Assembly: GCA_037190765.1 (NCBI GenBank) | Contig: JBBCJW010000097.1 | Span: forward strand, 1 to 24,000 | Direction: 5' to 3' | DNA from: Alphaproteobacteria bacterium | GTDB taxonomy: Bacteria > Pseudomonadota > Alphaproteobacteria > Reyranellales > JAQSWP01 | DNA length: 24,000 nucleotides | In this document: one piece after another, positions 1 to 7,747 of the stretch | Numbering within the stretch: position 1 is the first letter of the stretch | Layout: the number at the start of each line of letters is the position of its first letter | Translations under genes and position numbers: made by a program | Notes under the pieces: generated by a model | The model's input: only the letters and a program-made list of their open reading frames with translations | Told to the model about the DNA's origin: nothing | The model's database searches: none

Positions 1-2
1 CG

Positions 3-566
3 CCGATCCAGGTTGCGCAGCAGGTCGCCAGCGCACCGCCAGCCCAGACCGCGCCGCCACCTGGACCGACACTGGTCGCGGCGCCGCCGCCGCCAGCGGC
101 TCCCGTGCAGGTGACACCGGCCATTGCCGAAGCGCCGCCGCCGCCCACCATGCTGGCTGCCGCACCGACTCCAGCCATGCCGGCCGCCTCGCCAACACCG
201 CCTGCCCCCCAGACCGCCGCCCTGCCGCCGGCCGCCTCGGCCGCCGGCGCCGGCCGCGCCAGCCTGTCCTTCGAGGGCGGCTCGGCCGCGCTGTCCGAGG
301 GCGCCCGGCAGGAGCTTGACCGGCTGGCCGGCACGCTGGCCGGCGACGAGGCGCAGCGGCTGCAGGTCGTCGCCTATGCCGCCAGCCAGGGCAACAACAC
401 CTCCGCCGCGCGCCGCCTGTCGCTGTCGCGCGCGCTGGCCGTCCGTTCCTACCTGATCGACAAGGGCATTCGCTCGACCCGCATCGACGTGCGCGCCATG
501 GGCACACCCGAAGGCGCCAGCGCGGGCCCGGCGGATCGGGTCGATCTTGTCCTCGTCAGTCAGTAA
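3..566 (+). CDS. OmpA/MotB-like peptidoglycan-binding domain protein with a Pro/Ala-rich N-part; 5' end lies outside the window
   Basis: The reading frame is open from the window edge (no stop between 3 and 105). The C-terminal ~100 aa match the OmpA-like domain pattern (LSFEGGSAALS...LQVVAYA...NTSAARRLSLSRALAVRSYLIDKGI...RIDVRAMG...DRVDLVL). The upstream part is low-complexity P/A-rich. Confidence 0.75.
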   Translation, partial: PIQVAQQVASAPPAQTAPPPGPTLVAAPPPPAAPVQVTPAIAEAPPPPTMLAAAPTPAMPAASPTPPAPQTAALPPAASAAGAGRASLSFEGGSAALSEGARQELDRLAGTLAGDEAQRLQVVAYAASQGNNTSAARRLSLSRALAVRSYLIDKGIRSTRIDVRAMGTPEGASAGPADRVDLVLVSQ

Positions 567-638
567 TTCCCCGCGGCCGGCCGGATCGCTTCCGGCCGCA
601 ACCGCAATTCCGTCACTATTCGCGGGAAGATCGCGCGC

Positions 639-1778
639 ATGACCAGTCCGCGCCGCTACCTGTTGCGCATGGCGCTGTTCCTGATCGCGGTCGGCCTTCT
701 CGTCGTACCGCTGATCCCCCTCATCCAGCGCGCCTTCGTCCACAACATGGCGCTGAACGGCGTCATCGTCGCCATCCTGCTGCTGGGCATCCTCTACATC
801 CTGCGCCAGGTCTGGCTGCTGGAAACCGACGTGCGCTGGGTCGAGACCTTCGAGCGCGACCGCCCCGCCGAGATCCTGCCCGAGCCGCGGCTGCTGACGC
901 CGATGGCGTCGATGATCGGCGACCGGCGCGACCGGCTGACCCTGTCGCCGCCGGTGATGCGCACGCTGCTGGACGGCATCTCCTCGCGGCTGGACGAGGC
1001 GCGCGACCTGTCGCGCTACGCCATCGGGCTGCTGATCTTCCTCGGCCTGCTGGGCACGTTCTGGGGCCTGCTGGAGACCATCAACACGGTCGGCGACGCC
1101 ATCTCCAACCTGAGCCTGGGCGGCGACGCGGCGGCCAATTTCGTCCAGCTCAAGGGCAGCCTGGAAGGCCCGCTGCGCGGCATGGGCACCGCCTTCTCGT
1201 CCTCGCTGTTCGGGCTGGCCGGCTCGCTGATCCTGGGCTTCCTCGACCTGCAGGCCGGCCAGGCGCAGAACCGCTTCTACAACGACGTCGAGGAATGGCT
1301 GTCGGAGAAGACGCGCCTGCCGTCGGGCGTGCTGACCGGGCTCGACATGGGCGAGCAGTCGGTGCCGGCCTATGTGCAGGCGCTGCTGGAGCAGACGGCG
1401 GAGAGCCTGGAGAACCTGCAGCGCACCATGGCGCGGGCCGAGGAAAGCCGCTCCACCGCCAACGCCAATGTCGGGCTGCTGGCCGACCGGCTCTCGACCC
1501 TGTCCGACTTCATGCGCCACGAGCAGCAGATCCTGACGCGGCTGGCCGACAACAGCAGCGAGCTGCGGTCGGTGCTGCAGCGGCTGTCCGACACGCGCGG
1601 CGGCGGCGGCGAGGGCATGGACGAGAACACGCGCACCCATATCCGCAACATCGAGCTTTATCTCGCCCGCATGCTGGAGGAGATGGTGACCGGCCGCACC
1701 GCGCTGGCCGACGAACTGCGCGGCGAGATCAAGCTGCTGGCCCGCACCGTGGCGGCGGCCCAGCGCGGCCAGGGCTGA
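639..1778 (+). CDS. MotA/TolQ/ExbB-family ion-channel (stator A-type) protein with a ~170-aa helical C-terminal tail
   Basis: 379-aa ORF with four predicted TM helices arranged 2+2. The last pair (AIGLLIFLGLLGTFWGLLETI and GMGTAFSSSLFGLAGSLILGFL) resembles the MotA/TolQ/ExbB channel signature. A long loop separates TM2 and TM3, as in MotA. Confidence 0.75.
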   Translation: MTSPRRYLLRMALFLIAVGLLVVPLIPLIQRAFVHNMALNGVIVAILLLGILYILRQVWLLETDVRWVETFERDRPAEILPEPRLLTPMASMIGDRRDRLTLSPPVMRTLLDGISSRLDEARDLSRYAIGLLIFLGLLGTFWGLLETINTVGDAISNLSLGGDAAANFVQLKGSLEGPLRGMGTAFSSSLFGLAGSLILGFLDLQAGQAQNRFYNDVEEWLSEKTRLPSGVLTGLDMGEQSVPAYVQALLEQTAESLENLQRTMARAEESRSTANANVGLLADRLSTLSDFMRHEQQILTRLADNSSELRSVLQRLSDTRGGGGEGMDENTRTHIRNIELYLARMLEEMVTGRTALADELRGEIKLLARTVAAAQRGQG

Positions 1779-1785
1779 GACGGCG

Positions 1786-3174
1786 ATGGCCGGCTCCAGC
1801 GGCAACCGCCGCGGCGGCAGCACCGACTTCATCTGGCCGGGCTACGTCGACGCGCTGTCCAGCCTGCTGATGGTCATCATCTTCGTGCTGGCGATGTTCG
1901 TGGTGGCGCAGTTCTACCTGTCCGACGCGCTGGGCACGCGCGACCAGGCGCTGGACCGGCTGAACCGGCAGGTGGCGGAGCTGGCCAATCTGCTGCAGCT
2001 CGAACAGCGCTCCGGCGTCGACCTGCGCGCCAGCATCGCCGCCCTCTCCGCCGAGCTGCAGAAATCGACCGTCGAGCGCGACCGCCTGCAGGGCACGGTG
2101 TCGCAGCTCGGCGATGAACGCGACCGGTTGCAGGGCCAGCTTTCGCTGCTGGGCGACGAGCGTGACCAACTGCAGGGACGGCTGTCGCAGATGGGCGACG
2201 AGCGCGACCGCCTGCGCGACCAGCTCTCGCAGGCGGGTGATGAGCGCGACCGGCTGCGGGACCAGCTGTCGCAAACGGGTGACGAACGCGACCGCCTGCG
2301 GGGCCAGGTCACGCAGCTCGGCGACGAACGCGATCGGCTGCAGGGCCAAGTGACGCAGTTGGGCGACGAGCGCGACCGGCTGCGGGACCAGCTGTCGCAA
2401 ACGGGTGACGAGCGCGACCGCCTGCGGGGCCAGGTCACGCAGCTCGGCGACGAACGCGACCGGCTGCAGGCGCGGGTGACGCAGCTTGGCTCCGAGCACG
2501 GCAAGACGCTGGCCGAGCTGACCGAGCAGCAGCGGCTGTCGGCCGAGGCCAAGGCCACCATCGACCGGCTGTCGGCCAATATCGCCGCCCTGCAGGCGGA
2601 ACTGGCGCGGCTGAACGAGGCGCTGGACGCCTCCGAAGCGAAGGCCCGCGAGCAGAACGCGCAGATCGTCGATCTTTCCAGCCGGCTGAACCGGGCGCTG
2701 GTCAGCAGGGTCGAGGAGCTGGCGCGCTACCGCTCGGAGTTCTTCGGCCGGCTGCGCGAAATCCTGGGCAACCGCACCGACGTGGTGATCGTCGGCGACC
2801 GCTTCGTCTTCCAGTCGGAGGTGCTGTTCCCCTCGGGCTCGGCCGACCTGGAACCCCGGGGACTGATCCAGATCGCCGACGTGGCCGACGCGCTGAAGGA
2901 GATCGGCGAGAAGATCCCGCCGGAGATCGACTGGATCCTGCAGGTCGACGGCCATACCGACACCCGCCCGATCCGCACGCCGCAGTTCCGCTCCAACTGG
3001 GAACTGTCATCGGCCCGCGCCATCGCCGTGGTCGAGTTCCTGCACAGCCGCGGCATTCCCTACGAACGGCTGGCGGCGCGCGGCTTCGCCGAATTCCAGC
3101 CGCTGGAACCCGGCGCCGACGCCGTGTCGCTGGCCAGGAACCGGCGCATCGAGCTGAAGATCACCACGCGCTAA
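1786..3174 (+). CDS. MotB-like protein: N-terminal TM with conserved Asp, long coiled coil, C-terminal OmpA-like PG-binding domain
   Basis: It starts 7 nt after the upstream stop. The N-terminus FIWPGYVDALSSLLMVIIFVLAMF resembles the MotB/TolR/ExbD TM helix with its essential Asp. Residues ~45-300 are heptad-like and include 14-aa GDERDRLxxQxxQx repeats. The C-terminus has OmpA-like motifs (FPSGSADL, VDGHTD, SNWELSSARA, NRRIEL). Confidence 0.8.
   Translation: MAGSSGNRRGGSTDFIWPGYVDALSSLLMVIIFVLAMFVVAQFYLSDALGTRDQALDRLNRQVAELANLLQLEQRSGVDLRASIAALSAELQKSTVERDRLQGTVSQLGDERDRLQGQLSLLGDERDQLQGRLSQMGDERDRLRDQLSQAGDERDRLRDQLSQTGDERDRLRGQVTQLGDERDRLQGQVTQLGDERDRLRDQLSQTGDERDRLRGQVTQLGDERDRLQARVTQLGSEHGKTLAELTEQQRLSAEAKATIDRLSANIAALQAELARLNEALDASEAKAREQNAQIVDLSSRLNRALVSRVEELARYRSEFFGRLREILGNRTDVVIVGDRFVFQSEVLFPSGSADLEPRGLIQIADVADALKEIGEKIPPEIDWILQVDGHTDTRPIRTPQFRSNWELSSARAIAVVEFLHSRGIPYERLAARGFAEFQPLEPGADAVSLARNRRIELKITTR
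2071..2487 (+). repeat. In-frame tandem array of about ten 42-bp (14-aa) units inside the MotB-like gene, including a 126-bp higher-order duplication
   Basis: The translation reads ERDRLQGTVSQL then GDERDRLQGQLSLL, GDERDQLQGRLSQM, GDERDRLRDQLSQA and so on. Nucleotides 2236-2361 and 2362-2487 are near-identical (about ten mismatches by eye). Confidence 0.9.
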
Positions 3175-3191
3175 AGCCAATCACGTTATGT

Positions 3192-3211
3192 CGGAATCGC
3201 GAGCGATTCCG
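3192..3211. terminator. Possible hairpin between the convergent MotB-like and ABC genes; no clear T-tract
   Basis: cggaatcg-cgag-cgattccg is a perfect 8-bp stem located between two convergent stop codons. Confidence 0.3.
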
Positions 3212-3238
3212 TCAGAAGGTGTGAATCCGCTCCAACGT

Positions 3239-5080
3239 CTACTCGCCGATCGCCGCCACCGGCCGCACCGAAGCCGCCTCGTGCGCGCGGTCGAACTGCA
3301 GCGCCGCCAGCCGGGCGTAGAGGCCGCCGCGGGCGATCAGTTCGGCGTGGCTGCCGATGGCGTCGATGCGGCCCTGGTCCAGCACCACGATGCGGTCCGC
3401 CTTCAGCACCGTCGCCAGGCGATGGGCGATGACCAGGGTGGTGCGACCCACCATCAACCGGTCCAGCGCCTGCTGCACCAACAGCTCGCTCTCGGCGTCG
3501 AGGGCGGAGGTGGCCTCGTCCAGCAGCAGCACGGCGGGATTGCGCAGGATGGCGCGGGCGATGGCCAGCCGCTGGCGCTGGCCGCCCGACAGCCGCACGC
3601 CGCGCTCACCCAGGAAGGTGGCGAAGCCCTGCGGCAGGCGGTCGAGGAACTCGCTGGCCGCCGCCGCCTCGGCCGCCGCCCGCACCTCGGCGTCGGAGGC
3701 GTCGGGCCGGCCGTAGCGGATGTTCTCCCAGGCGTCGGAGGAGAACAGCACCGGCTCCTGCGGCACGATGGCGATGCGGGCGCGCAGCTCCGCCAGCGCG
3801 GCGCGGCTTATGTCGACGCCGTCGAGGCGGATGGCGCCGCTGTCGGGATCGTAGTAGCGCAGCAGGAGCTGGAACACGGTGGTCTTGCCCGCACCGGAGG
3901 GGCCGACGATGGCCACCGTCTCGCCCGGCCGCACCGTCAGGGAGAAATTCTCCAGCGCCGACTGGTCCGGCCGCGCCGGATAGCGAAACGAGACATTGTC
4001 GAAGCCGATCTCGCCGCGCGCCGGCGACGGCAGGGCGACCGGGTTCGGCGGATCGACGATCGGCGAGCGCTCGGCGATGAGCTGCATCAGCCGCTCGGTG
4101 GCGCCGGCGGCACGCTGCAGGTCGCCGATCACCTCGGAGATGGCGCCGACCGAGCCGGCCACCACCACGGCGTAGAAGACGAAGGCCGACAGCTCGCCCG
4201 CCGTCAGCCGCCCGTCGAGCACGTCGTGGCCGCCGATCCACAGGATGACGCCGACGGCGCCGAACACCAGCATGATGACGATGGCGGTCAGCACGGCGCG
4301 CGCGGCGATGCGCTTGCGGGCGGTGGCGAAGGCGCTCTCGGCGATGGCGCCGAAGCGGGAACGGTCGATCTTCTCGTGCGCGAAGGCCTGCACGGTGCGC
4401 ACCGCCTGGATCGATTCGCCGGCATAGGCGGAGATGTCGGCGATCCGGTCCTGGCTGGCGCGCGAGAGCTTGCGCACGCGCCGGCCGATGACGATGATCG
4501 GCACGATCACCAGCGGCACCACCAGGAACACCAGCGCGGTCAGCTTGGGGCTGGTGATGGCCAGCATCACGGTGCCGCCGGCGAACATCAGGAAATTGCG
4601 CAGCGCCACCGAGGCGGAGGAGCCGATCACCGTCTCGATCAGGGTCGTGTCGGTGGTCAGCCGCGACATGATCTCGCCGGCGCGGTTGGTCTCGAAGAAG
4701 CCGGGGCTGAGCCCGATGACGTGGCCGAACACCGCCTTGCGGATGTCGTTGACCACCCGCTCGCCCAGCCACGAAACGAGATAGAAGCGGCCGAACGAGG
4801 CCAGCGCCAGCATCGCCACCACCGCCAGCAGCCCGACCAGCGCCTGGTCGAGCAGTTCGGGCCGGCCGCCGGCGAAGCCCTGGTCGATCAGCAGGCGCAA
4901 CCCGGTGCCGATCACCAGCACCGTGGCGGCCGCCATCACCAGCGCCAGCGCCGCCAGCGCCACCCGGGCGCGATAGGGCCGCACGAAGGGCCACAGCCGG
5001 CGCAGCATCAGCACGTCGCGCCGTGCGGTGCCGGCGTCGGCGGCTTCCATCTCGGCGGTGGTGAGGGAAGCGCGCGCCAT
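3239..5080 (-). CDS. ABCB-type half-transporter (fused permease and ATPase; MsbA/Mdl1/ABCB10-like exporter)
   Basis: Walker A GPSGAGKTT, signature LSGGQRQR, Walker B LLLDEATSALD and H-loop IAHRL are present. The N-terminal 6-TM domain carries FFETNRAGEIMSRLTTDTTLIE. I chose the ATG at 5080 (MARASL...), 2 nt after the cyaY stop. The ORF-track start at 5173 would overlap cyaY. Confidence 0.9.
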   Translation of the reverse strand: MARASLTTAEMEAADAGTARRDVLMLRRLWPFVRPYRARVALAALALVMAAATVLVIGTGLRLLIDQGFAGGRPELLDQALVGLLAVVAMLALASFGRFYLVSWLGERVVNDIRKAVFGHVIGLSPGFFETNRAGEIMSRLTTDTTLIETVIGSSASVALRNFLMFAGGTVMLAITSPKLTALVFLVVPLVIVPIIVIGRRVRKLSRASQDRIADISAYAGESIQAVRTVQAFAHEKIDRSRFGAIAESAFATARKRIAARAVLTAIVIMLVFGAVGVILWIGGHDVLDGRLTAGELSAFVFYAVVVAGSVGAISEVIGDLQRAAGATERLMQLIAERSPIVDPPNPVALPSPARGEIGFDNVSFRYPARPDQSALENFSLTVRPGETVAIVGPSGAGKTTVFQLLLRYYDPDSGAIRLDGVDISRAALAELRARIAIVPQEPVLFSSDAWENIRYGRPDASDAEVRAAAEAAAASEFLDRLPQGFATFLGERGVRLSGGQRQRLAIARAILRNPAVLLLDEATSALDAESELLVQQALDRLMVGRTTLVIAHRLATVLKADRIVVLDQGRIDAIGSHAELIARGGLYARLAALQFDRAHEAASVRPVAAIGE

Positions 5081-5082
5081 GG

Positions 5083-5400
5083 TCAGCCCAGCTCGACCGT
5101 CTCGCCCAGCGCCTGCGACAGCTCCGCCGCCAGCAGCGCCCGCAAGGTCTGCGGCCCGCGCGTGGAGCGCCACGATCCGCCGTCGAGCTCGAAATGATGC
5201 GCGCCGGAGCGCGGCGAGGACAGCCAGATCTGGCGGTGGATATAGTGCTTGTTCAGCAGGTACTGGCCGCCATCGGGCAGTTCGACGGTCAGGTTGCCGG
5301 CGTCGAAATCGACCTCCAGCGCGGCCGAGGCCGCTTCCAGCCGGTCGGCCAGGTCGCTCAGCTCGGCTTCGGCCCTGGTATCGAACGCAGGATCTGACAA
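5083..5400 (-). CDS. cyaY: Frataxin homologue CyaY (iron donor/regulator of Fe-S cluster assembly)
   Basis: The 105-aa product aligns by eye along its length with E. coli CyaY (...NLTVELPDGGQYLLNKHYIHRQIWLSSPRSGAHHFEL...GETVELG). I propose a TTG start at 5400, preceded by GGGAG 7 nt upstream. The longer ORF in the track has an unrelated N-terminal extension. Confidence 0.85.
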   Translation of the reverse strand: MSDPAFDTRAEAELSDLADRLEAASAALEVDFDAGNLTVELPDGGQYLLNKHYIHRQIWLSSPRSGAHHFELDGGSWRSTRGPQTLRALLAAELSQALGETVELG

Positions 5401-5534
5401 CGCGGGACTCCCGGTTTTTGCCCTAAAAACAAGGCGCTTGAGGGGGATATAGCAGGCCGCGGCGGCAGGCGCTAACCGCCAGTTAGCCGCTTCCGGCCGG
5501 GCTGGCAAGAGGCTGGCGGCCACCGGATTTTCAC

Positions 5535-5563
5535 TTGTACCGCTTCGTCTGCTTCGCTATAAA
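5535..5563 (+). promoter_or_regulatory. Candidate sigma70-type promoter for rpmE (TTGTAC-N17-TATAAA)
   Basis: Hexamers lie at 5535-5540 and 5558-5563 with a 17-nt spacer, about 25 nt upstream of the rpmE ATG. Confidence 0.4.
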
Positions 5564-5588
5564 CCCCGCCTCGTTCGCGGAGTCCGCC

Positions 5589-5828
5589 ATGAAGAAAGAT
5601 ATCCATCCCGACTATCACGAGATCACCGTGGTGATGACCGACGGCAGCTCGTTCAAGACGCGCTCGACCTATGGCAGCGCCGGCGACACGCTGCGTCTGG
5701 ATATCGACCCCAAAACCCATCAGGCCTGGACCGGCGTATCGCGCATTTCCGAGCGCGGCGGCCGCATGGCGCGCTTCAAAGAACGCTTTGGCGCCAATGT
5801 CGGCCAAAGCACCGGGCAGAAGAAGTAA
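5589..5828 (+). CDS. rpmE: 50S ribosomal protein L31
   Basis: [29 protein letters not shown]...[15 protein letters not shown] is the typical L31 N-terminus and core. The ATG at 5589 is internal to the track ORF 5535..5828. Confidence 0.95.
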   Translation: MKKDIHPDYHEITVVMTDGSSFKTRSTYGSAGDTLRLDIDPKTHQAWTGVSRISERGGRMARFKERFGANVGQSTGQKK

Positions 5829-5867
5829 CCCGGGTCCGACCAGAACACAGGATCCAAGACTTCTCTC

Positions 5868-5901
5868 AAACGCCCGGCCAGATCGCCGGGCGTTTCGTTT
5901 C
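5868..5901 (+). terminator. Rho-independent terminator after rpmE
   Basis: aaacgcccggc-cagatc-gccgggcgttt forms an 11-bp stem followed by cgtttc. Confidence 0.7.
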
Positions 5902-5943
5902 AGGAACCAGCGCCCGCACTGGCCGGTTAGATGGACAACCGCC

Positions 5944-6801
5944 ATGCTGAACACGCGCCTTCTCAACGCTACCGATCGTCCCGCCCTGGAACGCCATCTC
6001 GCCAGCACCGCCGACACCGCGCTGCTGATGATGAGCAACCTCGCGCTGGCCGGCCTCGACGACGACGGATTGCCGCACCAGGGCACCTATGTCGGCGCCT
6101 TCGACGGTGGCGAACTGGTCGGCTGCCTGGGGCATTTCTGGAACGGCAACGTGCTGGTGCAGTCGGAAGTCGGCATCAGCCATATGCTGGGCCATGTCGT
6201 CAGCCTGGGGCGGCGCAAGGTCGCGGGCGTGCTGGGGCCGCTGTCGCAGGTCGAGGAGAGCCTCGCCATATTGCGGCCGCGCCTGGGCCTGCCGCGCATC
6301 GCCGAATTCGAGCTGCTGTTCGCGGTCGATGTCGACGGGCTGGTGCTGCCGGCGCAGATCGCCGACGGCAGCACCGTGTGCCTGCGCGCCACGTCCGCCG
6401 ACCGCCTGCTGCTGCGCCAGTGGCGGCGCGATGCGCTGCGCGACGACGGGCGGCTGCGCGAGGGCGATTTCGAGGCCGCCGCCAGCGCCGACGCCGAGAT
6501 CGACGAACTGCTCGACACCGGCCGGGTATGGATCGCCGAACATGGCGGGCGGCCGGTCTGCATGTGCACCATCATCGGCCTGGCCGGCGACCGTGCCATG
6601 ATCGGCGGGGTGTGGACGCCGCAGGAGTACCGCAACCGCGGCTTTGCCCGCTCGGTGGTGGCCGGGGCCCTGGCCGCCCTGGCGCGCGAGGGCGTGCGGC
6701 GCAGCGTGCTGTTCACCGGCCGCGCCAACCAGGCGGCGCAGGCGGCCTACAAGGCGGTCGGCTTCACCCAGATCGGCCGCTACGGCCGGGCGCATTTCTA
6801 A
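5944..6801 (+). CDS. GNAT-family N-acetyltransferase (two-domain, 285 aa)
   Basis: The C-terminal region carries an acetyl-CoA-binding-type motif (TPQEYRNRGFARSVVAGALAALAREG ... AAQAAYKAVGF). I chose the ATG at 5944 (MLNTRLLNATD), downstream of the rpmE terminator. Confidence 0.7.
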   Translation: MLNTRLLNATDRPALERHLASTADTALLMMSNLALAGLDDDGLPHQGTYVGAFDGGELVGCLGHFWNGNVLVQSEVGISHMLGHVVSLGRRKVAGVLGPLSQVEESLAILRPRLGLPRIAEFELLFAVDVDGLVLPAQIADGSTVCLRATSADRLLLRQWRRDALRDDGRLREGDFEAAASADAEIDELLDTGRVWIAEHGGRPVCMCTIIGLAGDRAMIGGVWTPQEYRNRGFARSVVAGALAALAREGVRRSVLFTGRANQAAQAAYKAVGFTQIGRYGRAHF

Positions 6802-6807
6802 CAATGC

Positions 6808-6842
6808 AAAACGGGCGGCCCACAGGCCGCCCGTTTCTCTTT
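6808..6842. terminator. Bidirectional Rho-independent terminator between the GNAT gene and bioY
   Basis: aaacgggcggcc-caca-ggccgcccgttt is a perfect 12-bp stem with T-rich runs on both strands. Confidence 0.75.
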
Positions 6843-6858
6843 GACCGGTTTGTGCGGG

Positions 6859-7434
6859 TCAGCGCGTGAAGCGGCGGATCGCCGGCACCAGCGCCAGGGC
6901 CAGCGCGATCTTCAGCGCCTCGCCCGGCAGGAACGGGATCAGACCGAAGGCGATGGCCTTCTCCGCGCCGAACAGCACGGCAAGCCACGCCAGGCCCGGC
7001 ACGAAGATCGCGGCGGTGGCGGCGAGGATGGCGAGGAAGGCGGTGGACAGGCGCTCGAGCGCGCCGCGCTCGACGCACCAGCCGGCCAGGCCCGCGGCCA
7101 GCACGAAGCCCGCCAGGTAGCCGCCGGTCGGACCGGCCATGTAGGCGATGCCGGCACCGCTCTGGAACACCGGCATGCCGACGGCGCCCTGCGCCAGATA
7201 GGCCAGCACGGTGGCCACGCCCAGGGTGCGGCCATAGGCCATGCCCAGCACGACCACGACGAAACTCTGCATCGAAAGCTTCACCGGCCAGAACGGCACC
7301 TGGATATGCGCCGAGGCGGCCAGCAGGGCGGTGCCCAGCAGCACCAGCACCACGGCACGCAATGCCGCGTTGCCGGCGGTCTGCGGCCACAGGCGGGCCA
7401 TCAATGTCGGGGAGGATGCGGAAGCTGTACTCAC
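6859..7434 (-). CDS. bioY: Biotin transporter S-component BioY
   Basis: The 191-aa multi-TM protein has BioY-like motifs (HIQVPFWPVKLSMQSFVVVVLGMAYG, GMPVFQSGAG, GPTGGYLAGF, IPFLPGEALK). The GTG start at 7434 is preceded by AAGGAG. Confidence 0.85.
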   Translation of the reverse strand: MSTASASSPTLMARLWPQTAGNAALRAVVLVLLGTALLAASAHIQVPFWPVKLSMQSFVVVVLGMAYGRTLGVATVLAYLAQGAVGMPVFQSGAGIAYMAGPTGGYLAGFVLAAGLAGWCVERGALERLSTAFLAILAATAAIFVPGLAWLAVLFGAEKAIAFGLIPFLPGEALKIALALALVPAIRRFTR

Positions 7435-7616
7435 GCGGGGTTACTCCTTGCTCAAAGCGTTGTGCAAACGCGGCTTGTGCGCCGCAGCGAAAACCCAGCA
7501 CAGCGCAGCCGCGCCGGCAAGGAATAGCCCCTCGCTTTGCTGCATGGCTTGATTCCACATCCCGCAGCCCGCGCATGTGGCTGAATTACCGCGAAATTTT
7601 CCCCAGCCGGCCGGGC

Positions 7617-7644
7617 CTTGACCGCAGCCCGCCGCCTCCTAAAT
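7617..7644 (+). promoter_or_regulatory. RpoH (sigma32)-type heat-shock promoter candidate: CTTG-N17-CCTAAAT
   Basis: CTTG lies at 7617-7620, followed by a 17-nt spacer and CCTAAAT at 7638-7644. This matches the alphaproteobacterial sigma32 pattern CTTG-N17-CYTATNT at 6 of 7 positions. It sits about 100 nt upstream of an IbpA-type sHSP gene. Confidence 0.5.
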
Positions 7645-7649
7645 CACAG

Positions 7650-7747
7650 TCACGCCGGATGCCCATGACGGGGCCGGCGGTTTCGACAGGGTCCGGCCCC
7701 CGGGCGGACCCGCCCACAGTCAGCTTGCTTCCAAGGAGAAGATGACC
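7650..7747 (+). promoter_or_regulatory. Structured 5' leader of ibpA; candidate ROSE-like RNA thermometer
   Basis: There are two hairpins: gccgg...ccggc, and gggtccg(7689-7695)/cggaccc(7705-7711). The ROSE hallmark UUGCU (7725-7729) lies 4 nt from the SD AGGAG (7734-7738) and can pair with it through a G-G mismatch. Confidence 0.35.

Noticed and set aside
2071-2487. Regular repeat array as a possible CRISPR
   Set aside because: The units are contiguous with no unique spacers. They lie in frame inside a coding sequence, encode a heptad-compatible peptide repeat, and have no cas genes nearby.
1729-2955. 408-aa and 221-aa minus-strand ORFs opposite the MotB-like gene
   Set aside because: The reverse-complement reading of the 42-bp repeats stays open by construction. 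The plus-strand frame has the TM Asp motif and the OmpA domain, and the minus frames have none.
639-3174. Zorya (ZorAB) anti-phage system
   Set aside because: No ZorC/ZorD-like or other effector genes follow. The long helical extension is mainly on the B (MotB-like) subunit rather than forming the very long ZorA tail. I therefore kept it only as an uncharacterised stator-like module.
5081-5173. Upstream start (5173) for the ABC transporter
   Set aside because: It would overlap the 3' end of cyaY by 90 nt and add a G/A-rich extension. The ATG at 5080 sits 2 nt after the cyaY stop and gives a typical N-terminus before TM1.
3188-5197. 669-aa ORF on the plus strand
   Set aside because: It is entirely antisense to the ABC transporter, whose Walker A/B and signature motifs are unambiguous. 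The product is low-complexity (R/G/A/H/Q/D-rich) with no recognisable motif. It is a typical high-GC antisense open frame.
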